The notes beneath the pieces were generated by a model that was not told the origin of the DNA, searched no databases, and saw only the letters and a list, made by a program, of their open reading frames with translations. A stretch of DNA of 64,000 nucleotides, taken from the NCBI RefSeq assembly GCF_018977255.1, contig NW_024704744.1:56296001-56360000 (forward strand), given 5' to 3'. Shown in pieces: positions 63,861-64,000 of the stretch. The stretch's first letter is position 1; every line of letters starts with the position of its first letter. The position numbers and the translations under genes are program-made. The stretch comes from Callorhinchus milii (lineage: Eukaryota).

Positions 63861-64000
63861 CCAAGCTTAACATGTAAAGCTGTGAGCTTCCTCCCTACAC
63901 TGCAATACAACCCATTTAAAAGGAGAAACTAATTTAAACATAGAGCTGCAAGAATATATTTTAAAATATCTACACACTGCTATCGGGGTCTATTATAATG

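Overview
This is vertebrate genomic DNA, most likely from a cartilaginous fish and probably a chimaera (inferred from the repeat content: Deu-type tRNA-SINEs, L2 and CR1). The whole window lies inside one minus-strand gene, the cardiac ryanodine receptor RYR2. I traced 38 canonical GT-AG exons equivalent to human exons 57-74 and 76-95 (numbering and sizes recalled from human RYR2), and their splice phases join correctly. They encode the end of the phosphorylation repeat, the bridging and core solenoids, the calmodulin-binding domain, the Ca2+ site, the EF hands, S1-S2 and the start of S2S3. Introns are dense in decayed L2, CR1 and SINE copies, including one near-full-length L2 ORF2 with a nested SINE tail. 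Main points for follow-up: (1) an 18-nt microexon (VITHER) at the RYR1 ASII position, which canonical mammalian RYR2 lacks; (2) a candidate unannotated cassette exon in intron 73 (252 nt in-frame, or 421 nt) with tandem Rbfox motifs; (3) a possible 6-nt relic at the ASI position; (4) no recognisable exon 75; (5) a 1-nt frameshift in exon 90, probably an assembly error. I found no prokaryote-type system (no CRISPR or operon). Most short ORFs in the track are spurious or repeat-derived. Repeat boundaries are approximate.
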